Origin: Candidatus Micrarchaeia archaeon
Lineage (GTDB): Archaea > Micrarchaeota > Micrarchaeia > Norongarragalinales > UBA8480
Assembly: GCA_039794045.1 (NCBI GenBank)
Contig: JBAMLY010000001.1
Coordinates: 1 to 64,000, forward strand
DNA: 64,000 bases
Reading direction: 5' to 3'
Under the pieces are notes generated by a model. That model made no database searches, was not told the origin of the DNA, and was given only the letters and a program-made list of their open reading frames with translations. Position numbers and translations under genes: made by a program. This document shows, piece after piece, positions 36,375 through 47,067 of the stretch (position 1 is the stretch's first letter; each line of letters opens with the position of its first letter).

Positions 36375-37422
36375 AGACAAGCTCAAAGTAATTGCCTTGC
36401 ACTTTGTCGCTCGTCCAATTCAATTCAAATGGTTCTACTCGCGGCGCGTTCTGGCCTGCTCCAACGCGCTTGTTGAGTATAGTGTACGCGTTGGTGGGCT
36501 TGCCGTCCGCCTTCAACTCTATTTTGACGCAAACGAACTCGTCTTGCGAGGAGGGGTTCGTGAAGTTGCAGTAGCCTTTAACGCTTGAAACGCCGTTTCC
36601 AACCTCGTCTGGAACTAAAGACGGTGGCTTAAACAGGGAAGGCGGCGCCACGTTGGAAGGATCTGGCGCGCAAGCGAATGAAGCCGTGCCGCCAAAGCCA
36701 GGAATTCCTCCCTTGAAAAGCAGCACGTAAGCAAACAACGCCACCACGACTAAAACTATTATTCCTTGAATGTTTTTGCCGCTGAACAACCCCCCGCCCA
36801 CGGCCTTTCCTGCCTCGGAAACCGTCTTGCTTCCCAACTCTACCCAGCCGCCGGGCGTCTTCATTTTCTCGATGGTTTCCTGAGTGGCTTCCTCCCACCC
36901 TTTTTCCTTGCGCGGAATGTCGTCCAAGCCTACTGGCGCGCCCAAGGAAGCGTCAACATCTATCTTGAAAGTGTCGCCGGCAACGTTAACCCAAACGCGG
37001 TAAAATGGAACATAGTACTTGCTTACCGCAGAAATCGCTACTTTTTCTTTCGCGACTCCCGCGAACCCAGCGACTTTAACGCACGCAACATCTTTTACTT
37101 CGCTTAAAGAAATAGTGGTTTGCTCTACTTCAGCTTCTGTTTTTTCTGGAGTTGAGTTGGAGCGCTTCAACGGCTTGTCTAACAGCACGGGAACAAAGTC
37201 GTTGAGCTCGCCAGTGTAAGCATTCAAAGCTGCTTTCCCTGAAGGCGCTTGCCCTTGCTCCGAGGCTATGTCAAACGAAAAAACGTAGAAGGGAGTGTAA
37301 ACCAGTTTTATGCTGGCAACCTCGTAGTTCTTCCACCCCTTGGAGGCTATCCCTTTTTGTATGATGCTCAAAGCTATTTCAGGGGTTAGGCTCAACTCGA
37401 AAGCAGGAGCGTCAAGCAACAT
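36361..37422 (-). CDS. hypothetical single-pass membrane protein
   Basis: 353 aa; repeated Y.PFY motifs in the N-terminal domain, one TM, Cys-containing C-terminal domain. Confidence 0.7.
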   Translation of the reverse strand: MLLDAPAFELSLTPEIALSIIQKGIASKGWKNYEVASIKLVYTPFYVFSFDIASEQGQAPSGKAALNAYTGELNDFVPVLLDKPLKRSNSTPEKTEAEVEQTTISLSEVKDVACVKVAGFAGVAKEKVAISAVSKYYVPFYRVWVNVAGDTFKIDVDASLGAPVGLDDIPRKEKGWEEATQETIEKMKTPGGWVELGSKTVSEAGKAVGGGLFSGKNIQGIIVLVVVALFAYVLLFKGGIPGFGGTASFACAPDPSNVAPPSLFKPPSLVPDEVGNGVSSVKGYCNFTNPSSQDEFVCVKIELKADGKPTNAYTILNKRVGAGQNAPRVEPFELNWTSDKVQGNYFELVFSKC

Positions 37423-37567
37423 TAAATCTTCCTGCTACAACAACGACTCCACTCGTTAAAAACATTGCGAGCAACGCCACTCAAAGAAAGCAACGCATTA
37501 ACAAAAAAGAAAATAAGTCTTAGCGAAGTCTTTGAAAAAATAAAGGAAAAATAAAAAAGAAAGCGCT

Positions 37568-37933
37568 TTACTGCTTGCGGCGCTTCACTATCTTCACGTT
37601 CTGGGGAGTGAGTAAAATCTTGTCTTCGTCCAAGCGCGCCATGTCGCCGTTTATGCCGTTCACGAAGGCCTTGATGTCGTTAATGGCTGACTTGAGCTTT
37701 TGAGGGTTGCGCGCCATTGGCGCTATGTTGAGGATAACGTGATTGCGTTGCTTGAGCTCTTCTTCCACGAGCTTGGCGTCGCTCTCCATTTGAAGCGAAA
37801 TGGGTTTCACGTAGTAATCCGCTTGCTTGTGCAAAACGTCAACGTCTTCTGCTTCTTGGGCGGTCATGAACTCGTCCAACGACATTTCCTTGGAAATGCC
37901 GAGCGCTTTTGAAAGCCCTGAAAAAACTCCCAT
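37568..37933 (-). CDS. sepF: cell division protein SepF
   Basis: VILNI...INGDMARLDEDKILLTPQNVKI. Confidence 0.88.
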   Translation of the reverse strand: MGVFSGLSKALGISKEMSLDEFMTAQEAEDVDVLHKQADYYVKPISLQMESDAKLVEEELKQRNHVILNIAPMARNPQKLKSAINDIKAFVNGINGDMARLDEDKILLTPQNVKIVKRRKQ

Positions 37934-38093
37934 TAATCTCACCCTCTTACAGCATAAGCAGTTTCTCTTGCGTTGATTAACGAAGCAATCTTATAAAGCT
38001 TTTCCATTAATTGCTTGAAGGCAAGCAAAGAAAAATTTTAGCGCAGCGCGCGTCACAAAAACATTTAAACCGCAATTCCCCTAATAAGAAAAG

Positions 38094-39299
38094 GTGGGCG
38101 TCTTGCCGAGCTTTTCAGAAATACTAAACGAAAAAAGCATTTTCTCCAACAAAGCCGTCCTCTCCCCGCACTATCTTCCCCCAATCCTGCTCTACCGAGA
38201 CGACGAAATAAGGCACGTGATGCGCGCCATCGCTCCAGCCCTCAAAGGACTAAAGCCACGCAACCTCTTCTTGTACGGCAAAAGCGGAACTGGAAAAACT
38301 GCAACGTGCAAGCACGTAATAGAAAAACTCGCGGAAGAAAAAAACGAGCAAGTGAAAAGCATTTACTTGAACTGCCGCGTCTACGACTCGCGCTACAAAA
38401 TAATACAGAAAATAATCAGCGACTTCCACCCCGAAAGCGCGAAAACAGGTTACTCGTTCGCCTTGCTTTACGAGAAAATGCTTGACTGGATAGAAGACGG
38501 CGAAAAAGAAAAACACTTGATTTTATTTCTCGACGAAATCGATGTAGTAAAAGACTTAGACAACCTCATTTACACGCTCACGCGCGCCAACGACGACTTA
38601 AAGAAAGGAAGCGTTTCAATCATCGGAATATCCAACCGAGTGAACTTCAAGCAACGCCTTGACGCGCGAAGCAAGAGCTCGCTATGCGAAGAAGAAATAG
38701 TGTTCCAACCCTACAACGCCGACCAACTCAAAGGCATTCTAGAACAAAGAATACGACAAGCCTTCCACGCTGACACCGTAACCAACGCGGCCGTCAACCT
38801 CGCCGCAGCAATAGCAGCAAGCGAAAATGGCGACGCGCGCTACGCGTTGTCCCTCATTCTGCGCGCCGGCGAAGTCGCCGAGAAAAAGAAGTCAAGCAAA
38901 GTAAGCGAGAAAGAAGTAGAGGAAGCCCGCAAGGCGGCAGATGAAGACAAGGCCTTCGAAGTAATCTCGACGCTCCCCGAACACCAGCAACTAGTTCTAT
39001 ACGCCCTAGCAATAGTAAGCGAAGATGTTCACTACAAGCGCCTCGTGGAAGACGACGGAGAAAAATTTTATTTCTCGGGAGAGGTATACGAACGCTATTG
39101 CTCGATGGCGAAAAAAATGGGTTTCGAGCCCCGCACTTCTCGTTGGTACCGAGAGTACTTGCACGACCTAGAAAACCTAGGCTTGGTGCGCAGCACTGAG
39201 AGCGGCAAGGGAATCCGCGGGCACGCGACTCTCTTGCGCTTGAGCTACGACGCCCCCAAAGTAAGAAAAGCGATAGAAAAAACTCTTTTAGGAGAATGA
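38094..39299 (+). CDS. cdc6: Orc1/Cdc6 replication initiator
   Basis: IF.NK.VL.PHYLP..L.YRD, GKSGTGKT, LDEID, PYNADQL, GDARYAL, C-terminal wHTH. Confidence 0.95.
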   Translation: MGVLPSFSEILNEKSIFSNKAVLSPHYLPPILLYRDDEIRHVMRAIAPALKGLKPRNLFLYGKSGTGKTATCKHVIEKLAEEKNEQVKSIYLNCRVYDSRYKIIQKIISDFHPESAKTGYSFALLYEKMLDWIEDGEKEKHLILFLDEIDVVKDLDNLIYTLTRANDDLKKGSVSIIGISNRVNFKQRLDARSKSSLCEEEIVFQPYNADQLKGILEQRIRQAFHADTVTNAAVNLAAAIAASENGDARYALSLILRAGEVAEKKKSSKVSEKEVEEARKAADEDKAFEVISTLPEHQQLVLYALAIVSEDVHYKRLVEDDGEKFYFSGEVYERYCSMAKKMGFEPRTSRWYREYLHDLENLGLVRSTESGKGIRGHATLLRLSYDAPKVRKAIEKTLLGE

Positions 39300-40213
39300 A
39301 CTACTCCATGAAAGCATTGCAGGGAATCATAGTGCCCCTAGCAACGCCTCTCACTCCAAGAGAAGAAGTAGACCAAGCTGGAATGAGGCGACTCGTCCGC
39401 CACGTTTCCAGGGGCGGGGCAAACGCTTTGTTCGTTCTCGGCTCAACAGGCGAGTTCGCGTGCTTGGACTCGAAGCAAAAAAGGAAGGCAGTAGAAGCAG
39501 TCGTTGACGCTAACGAAGAAAAACTTCCAGTCCTGGCCGGCGTAACGGCTTGCTCTACCAAGAAAGCAGTGCAGCTAGCGAGAGACGCAGAAAAAGCGGG
39601 CGCCGACGCTGTAGTCTGCGCGCCACCCTATTACTACCAATTGCCGCAAGAAAAAATAATCGAGCACTTCCAGGCAGTCGCGAAAGCGACTAACCTCCCC
39701 GTAATCGCTTACAACTTCCCGCAAACAACTAAAAACGCTTTGGAAGTAGCCACCCTAAAAAAACTTTCAAGCAACTCGTGCTTTATTGGCTTGAAGGACA
39801 GCAGCGGCGACGAAAACTATTTGACGGCGGTAGCAAACGAGTTCCAAGACTCGCACTTTAAAGTATTTCAGGGAAACGAGAACGCGTTAGGGCAAGCACT
39901 CGTAATGGGCTGCGCGGGAGGAGTGCCGTCGCTTGCCAACGTCTTCCCACGCGAGTGCGCCGACCTCTGGAACGCCTTCAAAAAAATGGACTTCAAAGCC
40001 GTGCACGCAGCGCAAGAGAAAATTATTGAACTACAATTCGTTTACGGCCCGCAAAAAAGCAAGGCAATAGCAGGCATTAAAACCGCTTTAAACTATTTAG
40101 GCGTGTGCGGAAAAACAGTGAGCGCGCCTCTTCCAACCCTCTCGCCAGCAGAAGAGAAAACCATTGTGCGCGCGCTTCAAACGCATTTGCGCGAGTACAA
40201 GTACTGGAAGTAA
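39296..40213 (+). CDS. DapA/KDG-aldolase family class I lyase
   Basis: GSTGEF, PPYY, YNFP, GLKDSSGD (Schiff-base Lys). Confidence 0.9.
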   Translation: MNYSMKALQGIIVPLATPLTPREEVDQAGMRRLVRHVSRGGANALFVLGSTGEFACLDSKQKRKAVEAVVDANEEKLPVLAGVTACSTKKAVQLARDAEKAGADAVVCAPPYYYQLPQEKIIEHFQAVAKATNLPVIAYNFPQTTKNALEVATLKKLSSNSCFIGLKDSSGDENYLTAVANEFQDSHFKVFQGNENALGQALVMGCAGGVPSLANVFPRECADLWNAFKKMDFKAVHAAQEKIIELQFVYGPQKSKAIAGIKTALNYLGVCGKTVSAPLPTLSPAEEKTIVRALQTHLREYKYWK

Positions 40214-40219
40214 GCACAG

Positions 40220-40292
40220 CGCCCTGGGCAGGATTTGAACCTGCGACCCCCTGATTAACAGTCAGGTGCTCTGCCGACTGAGCTACCAGGGC
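40220..40292 (-). tRNA. tRNA-Asn(GTT), no intron
   Basis: GCCCTGG TA GCTC..GAGC A CCTGA CT GTT AA TCAGG ... GCAGG TTCAAAT CCTGC CCAGGGC G cloverleaf. Confidence 0.96.
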
Positions 40293-40367
40293 TTTCTGGT
40301 TAAAAACCAAGGAAAATTATTTTCTGGGTGCCAACTTTTATTAATGTTGTTTGAAGCAAATCTTATC

Positions 40368-40994
40368 ATGGTTGTCAAGAGGTTGTGGGCTTTCGCTCCG
40401 CAGGGAAGCAGCGAGTTGGCGGAGTACTTAAAGTTGAAGAACAGTTACATAGAGGGCTTGAAGCGCGTGTTAGGTGAGGAGAAAGCGCGCGAGATGGCAG
40501 CGAAAGCCGAGAAAAACTTTGATTACTTGAAAAAGTTTTTCGGCGTGGCGGAAAGCGAGAGAGCCACGGCGTTGGTTAGATTGCACGGCTCTTTTGTTGA
40601 CGGAGGCTTGACGGAGGAGGACTTGTTTGCTGGTGCGAGCGCAGCTAAAACGCTTGGCTTGAAAAACCACGAGAAGCCTGTGGCCGCTCTTTTCCTAGCT
40701 CGCTTGCGCAAGTCTTTCCACGAGGCTTACGGTGACGGCAGCAAGTGGCTGAATTTCTTGAAGCGCGTCGAAGAACTCGCAAAACAAAAGCCGTCGCTCA
40801 AGGACTTGCACATTGCAATCGCTGAAGCGCGCGCTGAAGCGGCTTCAGCTAAGCTGCAAGAAATTTTTACTTCCATGGACGACTTAGAGCAAGAAATCAA
40901 GTTCTGCATTTTCGGGCAAGCGGACTTGCCTGAAGCAGTGTGGCGCGGCGAGAGACTGCTTGAGTTATTGCTCGCGCAAAAAAGAAAGCATTGA
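40368..40994 (+). CDS. hypothetical helical protein
   Basis: About 208-aa ORF divergent from tRNA-Asn; no motif recognised. Confidence 0.6.
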   Translation: MVVKRLWAFAPQGSSELAEYLKLKNSYIEGLKRVLGEEKAREMAAKAEKNFDYLKKFFGVAESERATALVRLHGSFVDGGLTEEDLFAGASAAKTLGLKNHEKPVAALFLARLRKSFHEAYGDGSKWLNFLKRVEELAKQKPSLKDLHIAIAEARAEAASAKLQEIFTSMDDLEQEIKFCIFGQADLPEAVWRGERLLELLLAQKRKH

Positions 40995-40997
40995 TTT

Positions 40998-42140
40998 TCA
41001 GGGCAGGAAGTCTTTGTTGTTGATTTTTTCTGGCAAGTAAACGTTTGAAATGTATTGAAGGTTTTTGCTGCTGAGCGACTGAATTTCCGCCTTGATTTTT
41101 TTCTCGAGGAACTTGTTGATTTCGCGTTGCCATTCCTTTGACTTGAACCACTCGTATTCCTTCATTTCGTTGGCGCGCTTTATGTCCACGTCCTTCGCTT
41201 TTATGGTGACGCCGCGCAAGTCGTAGTGTTCTATGTCGGAAATGCTCATTCCAAGAAACTTGGCTTCCTTGCAGCCTAGCCTGTCGCTTTCGTGCGCTAG
41301 AGCCATGGAGCCGTACTTCATCGTAGAATAAATGTACCAGCCGTATGGGTCCGCGTCGGTGAGGACGTAGATTGGGAGTTTTAATTCGGTGCTCAAGCGC
41401 TGGAGGAGGCGGCGCGCGCCGCGCGCTGCTTGGCCGGCGGTGGTCATTATAAGGCAATGGTTTTTCTTCCAGTAAGCATCTTCGTTCAAGCGGTCGAAGA
41501 TCGCATTTTTTTCTGCGACGAGTACGTAGTCAACGTCTACTTTCTTGAACTCTATTTGTTCGACGATGGAAGGAACGGCCCACCCGCCTGAACCCATTTT
41601 AGACAAGTCAATCAAGTCAACCTTGTTTTTCACGCGGTCTTCCACGATTACTTCGCCTGCCATGCGTCCCTTTGGCTCGGCGCGCAAGTGAAGGCGTTCG
41701 CGGAAAGTGTCAAGCGCTACTTCCAAGTCTACTATCGCCAAGTCGGATTCTTTTTGTTCGTCTATCGTGTCTTCTTTGGTACCCGCAATCGTGTGCTTTT
41801 TAGCGTAGTAGAGGTCACGAAGAGTTGCAGTCAAGTTGTTTTCAAGCAAGTCTTTTTTCACGTAAGAGCCGACCAGCATGGTTTGCATGAAGCGGCGAGC
41901 GTGCGCGACGTTGAACAAGTACCTGTGAGCTACTTTTTCGCCGAGCACTATCTTTTTTTCTTTCTCGTCGAACAAGACGTTAGCTGAGCCGCGCACCGGA
42001 ATTTCTATGCTTGGGTTTTCTTTTGACTCGATTTGCTTGATTATTTTTTCTCCTAGTTCGACGAGCTTTTTTTTGACTTCTTCTTCAGCGGCTGACAGGG
42101 ACTCGCCTTCTTTTTTCAGTGTTTTTTCTTTTTCGGTCAT
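40998..42140 (-). CDS. top6A: DNA topoisomerase VI subunit A
   Basis: TLRDLYY (catalytic Tyr), Q.ESD, AEK, DADPYGWYI, KAEIQSL. Confidence 0.96.
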   Translation of the reverse strand: MTEKEKTLKKEGESLSAAEEEVKKKLVELGEKIIKQIESKENPSIEIPVRGSANVLFDEKEKKIVLGEKVAHRYLFNVAHARRFMQTMLVGSYVKKDLLENNLTATLRDLYYAKKHTIAGTKEDTIDEQKESDLAIVDLEVALDTFRERLHLRAEPKGRMAGEVIVEDRVKNKVDLIDLSKMGSGGWAVPSIVEQIEFKKVDVDYVLVAEKNAIFDRLNEDAYWKKNHCLIMTTAGQAARGARRLLQRLSTELKLPIYVLTDADPYGWYIYSTMKYGSMALAHESDRLGCKEAKFLGMSISDIEHYDLRGVTIKAKDVDIKRANEMKEYEWFKSKEWQREINKFLEKKIKAEIQSLSSKNLQYISNVYLPEKINNKDFLP

Positions 42141-42150
42141 TAAGCACCAC

Positions 42151-43866
42151 CTACTCCGCTGGAGCCTCGCCTTCTTCTTCTATTTCTTTTTCGGCTTTTT
42201 CCTCCATTTCCGCTAACTCTTTTTCTTCTTCTTTTGTTTCTACGACGGTTCTTTCTTTAGCGAGCGCCTTGAGTTTTTCTTCAATGACTGCTTTTGGCTT
42301 GCCGGTAATCTCGTGTAGTGCCGCTGCAACTTCTCCTACGTAGCGAATGAAGATGCTGCGGCGTTGTTCTTGTTCTTGTGCGTGCTGGAGGGAGTGAATG
42401 TAGACCCCTATTTCGCGCGCGCACTCCATTAATGCGAAGCGAATTTCTTCAACGATTTCTTCTTCCGCGCTTATGGCGAGCTTGCCTGCACCGGTGTAGG
42501 GAACGTAGACGCTGACGAAGTTGACGAAGATGCTTACTGGTTGTTCTTCGATGTTCTTTAAGTCATAACGGCTCCAGTCAATGCTTTTAACGGCTTCAGT
42601 AATGGCGCAGTTGCCGGCGTCGAAGAGGAGGGGCGTGCGGTTGGCGTAGCGAAGCAACTCGTATTTCGCGCTCTTGGCTTCCGCTTCTGCTCTCTCTTCT
42701 TCCACGGTTTTCGCTTCTACTTTGGCTTTCTTTTTCTTTGGTTCTTCTTCGGAGTAGTTGCCGCCGGCTTTCCCGCCGTAAGCTATGGCGGCTTCGACGA
42801 GGAAAGGAATTCCGCCGCGGAAAACTTTTGGCTTGCGTTGGACTACCTTCATGTGCTCGGGCTGAATCAAGTTCTTAAGCGACTTTTCTATTTGGTTTTC
42901 CCCGATTGGGCAAAGAGTATCCGTCTCTGGCGCAATCCACTTCATTTTTTGTATTGCGGCGACGATGCTTTCCGCTTCCGGCCACGCGAGCGCTGAGGGA
43001 GCGCGTTCAAAGTTGATGTTGGGGCAGAGGGCGGCGAGTTCTTTTACTTTGTCTGAGCTGAAGCGCGAGAACTCGCTTGAAAGAAAAGAGCTTATTTTCC
43101 GGCTCTTGGAAGAGTGAGCCATTTCTATTAAGTCGTTCGTGGTTATGCCGAGGGGGTGAGGCAAAGCCGCTTTTGGTCGGGGCGGAATTTCTTTGGTTGC
43201 GCGGGGAAAAACAATTATTTGCTTTGATGGCTCCACGAGCGTTATTTGCGCGTGCGGGTTAGCGAGGGCGGTGCGGCGCAAGTACTCGTAGACGCTGTAC
43301 TCGCTTCGGTTGTAGCTTACTTCGGCGAACTCGAATTCCAGGCGCACGCCGCGAAAGTTTTGAGAGTATTCTTTCTCGTTTGAAATTAGTGGCTCGTTCT
43401 TTTTAACGTCTATGCTGACGTCGCACTCGTAGACTTTGTGGTCGCCTAAGCCAGTTTTCACGTGCGTTGGCTTGCCTGTAGTGATCTGCGAGAAGAGGAC
43501 GGCGTAGCTTACCCCGATTCCTTGCTGGCCGCGCTTTTGCTTGCGTTGGTGGAACTTCGTGCCGGCCAAGAGTTTGGCGAAGGCTTGCCCCACGTTTTTC
43601 TTTGGAACTCCTGTGCCGTTGTCTTGAACTATTACTTTCAAGTGCTCGTTTGGGAGCTCTTGTATTTCCACGTAAATGTCTGGCAGTATTTCGGCTTCCT
43701 CGCACGCGTCAAGCGAGTTAGTGACTGCCTCGTGGACTATAGTCGTCAGGGAACGCACTTTGCCGGAGTAGCCAAGCATTTGCCTGTTTCGCTTGAAGAA
43801 CTCTGCAACCGAGTATTCCTTGAATTCCTTGCTGAGTTGTTCCTCTGAAATCGGTTGTTCTGCCAT
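42151..43866 (-). CDS. top6B: DNA topoisomerase VI subunit B
   Basis: [41 protein letters not shown]. Confidence 0.97.
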   Translation of the reverse strand: MAEQPISEEQLSKEFKEYSVAEFFKRNRQMLGYSGKVRSLTTIVHEAVTNSLDACEEAEILPDIYVEIQELPNEHLKVIVQDNGTGVPKKNVGQAFAKLLAGTKFHQRKQKRGQQGIGVSYAVLFSQITTGKPTHVKTGLGDHKVYECDVSIDVKKNEPLISNEKEYSQNFRGVRLEFEFAEVSYNRSEYSVYEYLRRTALANPHAQITLVEPSKQIIVFPRATKEIPPRPKAALPHPLGITTNDLIEMAHSSKSRKISSFLSSEFSRFSSDKVKELAALCPNINFERAPSALAWPEAESIVAAIQKMKWIAPETDTLCPIGENQIEKSLKNLIQPEHMKVVQRKPKVFRGGIPFLVEAAIAYGGKAGGNYSEEEPKKKKAKVEAKTVEEERAEAEAKSAKYELLRYANRTPLLFDAGNCAITEAVKSIDWSRYDLKNIEEQPVSIFVNFVSVYVPYTGAGKLAISAEEEIVEEIRFALMECAREIGVYIHSLQHAQEQEQRRSIFIRYVGEVAAALHEITGKPKAVIEEKLKALAKERTVVETKEEEKELAEMEEKAEKEIEEEGEAPAE

Positions 43867-43878
43867 GCAAACCTCCCC

Positions 43879-44403
43879 TTAAAAACTTGTCTTGCGCTTT
43901 CGTTCAAGGAAACTGTAAACAGAAGAGTGCGTGGAGCCTTCAAGCAAGCGAGTCACTGCTTCCTTGGCTTGGCTTAGCTCGTCGTATTTGCCGATGAGTC
44001 CTATTTTGTCGTCAGCCACGGAAAGGAAGGCGCCAGTGAGTTCTTCTATTTTTGACTTGGCTTTGCCGCCGGAACCGATTACTCTCGCTTTATAGCGAGT
44101 TATTTGCTTTGCGTTGCGGCGCATTATAAGGTCCAAGTCCAGCACTTCTAAGTAGTAGTCGTCATTGAAGAGCTTTATTGCCCGAGAACAAGGAAAGCCA
44201 AGCGAGAGGGCTTCCAAAACTTTTTCTGCCATCCACTCGGCGCCCTGTTGTTGTGGGTCTGTCGCTTCAACTGAAATGCTTTCCTCGCCCGCCAATGAAA
44301 GCCGCACGCCTCCCTTTCGCTCTATTTCCTTCCATGCCTTGCGGTCGTTCTTCTGCAACGCGTTCAAGACTTTTCTTTCAACCGCGATTACCCTCATTCG
44401 CAT
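43879..44403 (-). CDS. KH-domain rRNA processing protein Dim2/Pno1
   Basis: LGF...A.KL, RVIGSGGK, LLEGSTHSSVYSFLE. Confidence 0.88.
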   Translation of the reverse strand: MRMRVIAVERKVLNALQKNDRKAWKEIERKGGVRLSLAGEESISVEATDPQQQGAEWMAEKVLEALSLGFPCSRAIKLFNDDYYLEVLDLDLIMRRNAKQITRYKARVIGSGGKAKSKIEELTGAFLSVADDKIGLIGKYDELSQAKEAVTRLLEGSTHSSVYSFLERKRKTSF

Positions 44404-44517
44404 CAACCAAGAGAGAGCGCGCTAGGCTCCAGAAAAACCAGTGATTTTCAAAATAGGTTTCTGCAAACTATTTATCTCGTCCCCCCTTTAAATATTTTCG
44501 TGGCTTGCAGAAGCGTT

Positions 44518-46248
44518 TTATTTGAGTCCCAGCAAGCCTGCCACGAAATCGTATGCTGCTTGAAGCGCTTGCACTAAAAAGTCTATTGGCATGGGTTGCA
44601 TTGCCGGGGAAGGCGAGGCGGCGGTGCAGACGGCGTTCAAGCAATAGTATGTCTTGCACTCGTAGTTTTGCGCGCATTTTTCGCCTGCGTTCTTCTGGTG
44701 GTTCCATTGCCCGTCTGGCGCGCAGTAAGATGGCTTGCCGTTAACTACTTCTAGGGAACCGAACTCGCGGCACGATAAACCGAAAGCGCAGCCTGAAAGC
44801 TGCTTGTGCTTGCAAGCGCCGGAAAGGCAGTAGTCTTCCGTGCAGGGATTGCCGTCGTCGCACTGTGAGCTTTCAGTGCACTCCGCTAATGGAGTGGGCG
44901 TGGCTTCCGGCGGGGAAGGCGAAGGAGAAGGCGACAGCGTAGGATAAACTATTGGGGTTGGCGTTGAAAATGACGTGCAATAACCAGAAGCACACGAATT
45001 GCTTTTGCACTCGTAGTTAGCCGAGCAAGTCATTCCGCCTTCTTTTTGGGGCAAGAGTATTGAGCCGTTGCAGTAAAAGTAGTTGCTTGGATCGGTCACC
45101 CGCGTTCCAGTTGAAATGCAGGCGCCCTCGTAAACGCAGCCAGTCAAGTTAGTGAACACGCATACCTTGCTCGTGTTGCCGGAATAGTTTCCTATCGTGA
45201 TGTTGACGGTCTCGTTGCCAGTGCCGCTGCAGGAAAAGCCTTCGCAGGGGTTGCCTCTGTTGCAATGCGAGTCAACGAAGCAGTAAATGTATTTTGGTGA
45301 AGTGTTGTTGGTTGCGTTGTTCGCTCCACTTCCTGGCGGGCAGTTCACAGCCAAAACAGTAGAACTCCAGGAAGACGGCTCCACCAAGCGCTTCAACGCG
45401 TTATTGCAAGTGAGTTGAGGCAGGTAAGCACAGTCTTGAGTCAAAGCGAACAACGGATTAGAGCCTTCCATGACGCTCGAATAAGAACCAGTAAAGCCAG
45501 CGAGTTCACCGCTTGAAGTAAACTCAACGCCTTGAATGTCGCAAGCGCTTTGCCCGAAGCCGCTGCAGTAATACCGTCCCCATGCGTCCGGCTGCACTGT
45601 GTAAACCTGGGAATAGAAAGCGCTCGTCAGGAAAGTATTGTTTTGCTGGGTTCCAGGCACTATCTTGAGTACTCCAATGATGTAATTTGTAAGGAGGTCT
45701 TGCTTGAACTGTCGTTCTGCGAGCAAAACGCTACTGAAAACCGAGCTTCCCCTCAAAAAGTCAAGTTGCGTTCTCAGCCTCGATTGTCCGACTGAAAGGT
45801 TTTGTTCAAGCTGTGAAACGTTTACGACGTAGTCGCCCATAGTCCAATTGCAGGCTATTGTGGTGCTCTCGTTAGTGTAATTTGTTTCAATGCCGAAAAC
45901 CACTTTTTTCTCGTTGGCGTTAAAGTAGAGCAAGACGTACTGCGCGCCCTTCCACTTAAAGAGAGTTCGGTTGCGCAAGTCGCTTAAAATGCTTTGGTTC
46001 AACGGGGGGTCGAAAAAGACTCCGTAAAAGTTTTCCTGGGATGGCTTCCCTGAAGCGAACAATAGCTTTTCGTATTCCGTGCTCACCTGCGCGCCGCCGC
46101 TCTTCACGAAGTATTTTTCGAGGTTGGAAGTGTTCTCTGCCGTGATTACGGTGTCCACGCCACCCCAAGAAGAAAAATTGTACCAGTCGTAAGCGCTAGC
46201 AAGGCAGGCCAGGCAAAGCAAGGCAAAAGCAAGAAAAGTTTTCCGCAT
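44518..46248 (-). CDS. secreted Cys-rich surface glycoprotein
   Basis: Signal peptide, many N-x-S/T sequons, two Cys-rich repeats separated by a Pro/Ser/Thr linker. Confidence 0.8.
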   Translation of the reverse strand: MRKTFLAFALLCLACLASAYDWYNFSSWGGVDTVITAENTSNLEKYFVKSGGAQVSTEYEKLLFASGKPSQENFYGVFFDPPLNQSILSDLRNRTLFKWKGAQYVLLYFNANEKKVVFGIETNYTNESTTIACNWTMGDYVVNVSQLEQNLSVGQSRLRTQLDFLRGSSVFSSVLLAERQFKQDLLTNYIIGVLKIVPGTQQNNTFLTSAFYSQVYTVQPDAWGRYYCSGFGQSACDIQGVEFTSSGELAGFTGSYSSVMEGSNPLFALTQDCAYLPQLTCNNALKRLVEPSSWSSTVLAVNCPPGSGANNATNNTSPKYIYCFVDSHCNRGNPCEGFSCSGTGNETVNITIGNYSGNTSKVCVFTNLTGCVYEGACISTGTRVTDPSNYFYCNGSILLPQKEGGMTCSANYECKSNSCASGYCTSFSTPTPIVYPTLSPSPSPSPPEATPTPLAECTESSQCDDGNPCTEDYCLSGACKHKQLSGCAFGLSCREFGSLEVVNGKPSYCAPDGQWNHQKNAGEKCAQNYECKTYYCLNAVCTAASPSPAMQPMPIDFLVQALQAAYDFVAGLLGLK

Positions 46249-46289
46249 TTACTTGCTTTAAAGCCTTCCCCCCAATTAATAGTTTTCGT

Positions 46290-47054
46290 TTAACTCTCCA
46301 CAAAGGAAAGCGCTTCCTGGAAGGATTTTGTCGCGCCGCGCTTGGCGAAAAAGTTTACGAGGTTGTGGACGTCGCGCTCCAATAACTCGCGTGCTTTCGG
46401 GTGCTCGAGCAAAACCGCTTGCCCCAAGTCTATTATGTAGGGCTCTCCTTTATGCATTATTACGTTGAAGCTACTCAAGTCCGCGTGAACCAAGCCAGCG
46501 CGCAGCATTTTGCGCACGTCCTCCAAAAGCATTTCCAGAACTTTTTGGGGGTCGCTTAAAACTGCGTGCTCCAAGAGAGGCGACGGAATTCCTTGCTCGC
46601 CCAAGAACTCCATCACCAAAACGTTTTCCTTCCAAGCGATTGGTTCTGGCACGCGCACTCCAGCGTCGAAGCACAAGCGAAGGTTAGCGAATTCCTTGCG
46701 CGCCCAAACCTTGACTATTTCCCGGCGCGAGCCGCGCGCATTAAAGCGAGGGTCACCCCACAAGTAGTCCATCATGCTCTTTGAAAAAGAAGAAGTCTCG
46801 TACTTGAATACTTTGACTGCACGAAAACCTTTTTCGCCTGAATCCCTGTCCACCCAAGTGGCTCGAAAAACCATTGCTTCCTTGCCTTGAGCTATTGGGT
46901 AGTCCAAGCTCTTTATTACGCCCGCGTTCAAGAAACGCAGGAGGACTTCCACTGTCTTGTCGTCAAGCACGCGCTCTGCAGTCTTGCTGAATTTTTCCTT
47001 GAATGGCTTTAGCTCGCGGGGAGGAAGCTTTCGCTTTGACGCGTGAAACGCCAC
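46290..47054 (-). CDS. rio1: RIO1 serine/threonine kinase
   Basis: GKEAMVF, AVKVFK, WARKEFANL, VHADLSSFNV, IDLGQ. Confidence 0.95.
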   Translation of the reverse strand: MAFHASKRKLPPRELKPFKEKFSKTAERVLDDKTVEVLLRFLNAGVIKSLDYPIAQGKEAMVFRATWVDRDSGEKGFRAVKVFKYETSSFSKSMMDYLWGDPRFNARGSRREIVKVWARKEFANLRLCFDAGVRVPEPIAWKENVLVMEFLGEQGIPSPLLEHAVLSDPQKVLEMLLEDVRKMLRAGLVHADLSSFNVIMHKGEPYIIDLGQAVLLEHPKARELLERDVHNLVNFFAKRGATKSFQEALSFVES

Positions 47055-47067
47055 CAGAACCAGCTCG

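Noticed and set aside
40077..40310. 77-aa ORF on the minus strand
   Set aside because: Shadow ORF over tRNA-Asn and the dapA-like gene end
40220..40994. Integrated element at tRNA-Asn
   Set aside because: The orphan ORF lies on the tRNA's 5' side; no integrase or duplicated tRNA 3' end was seen
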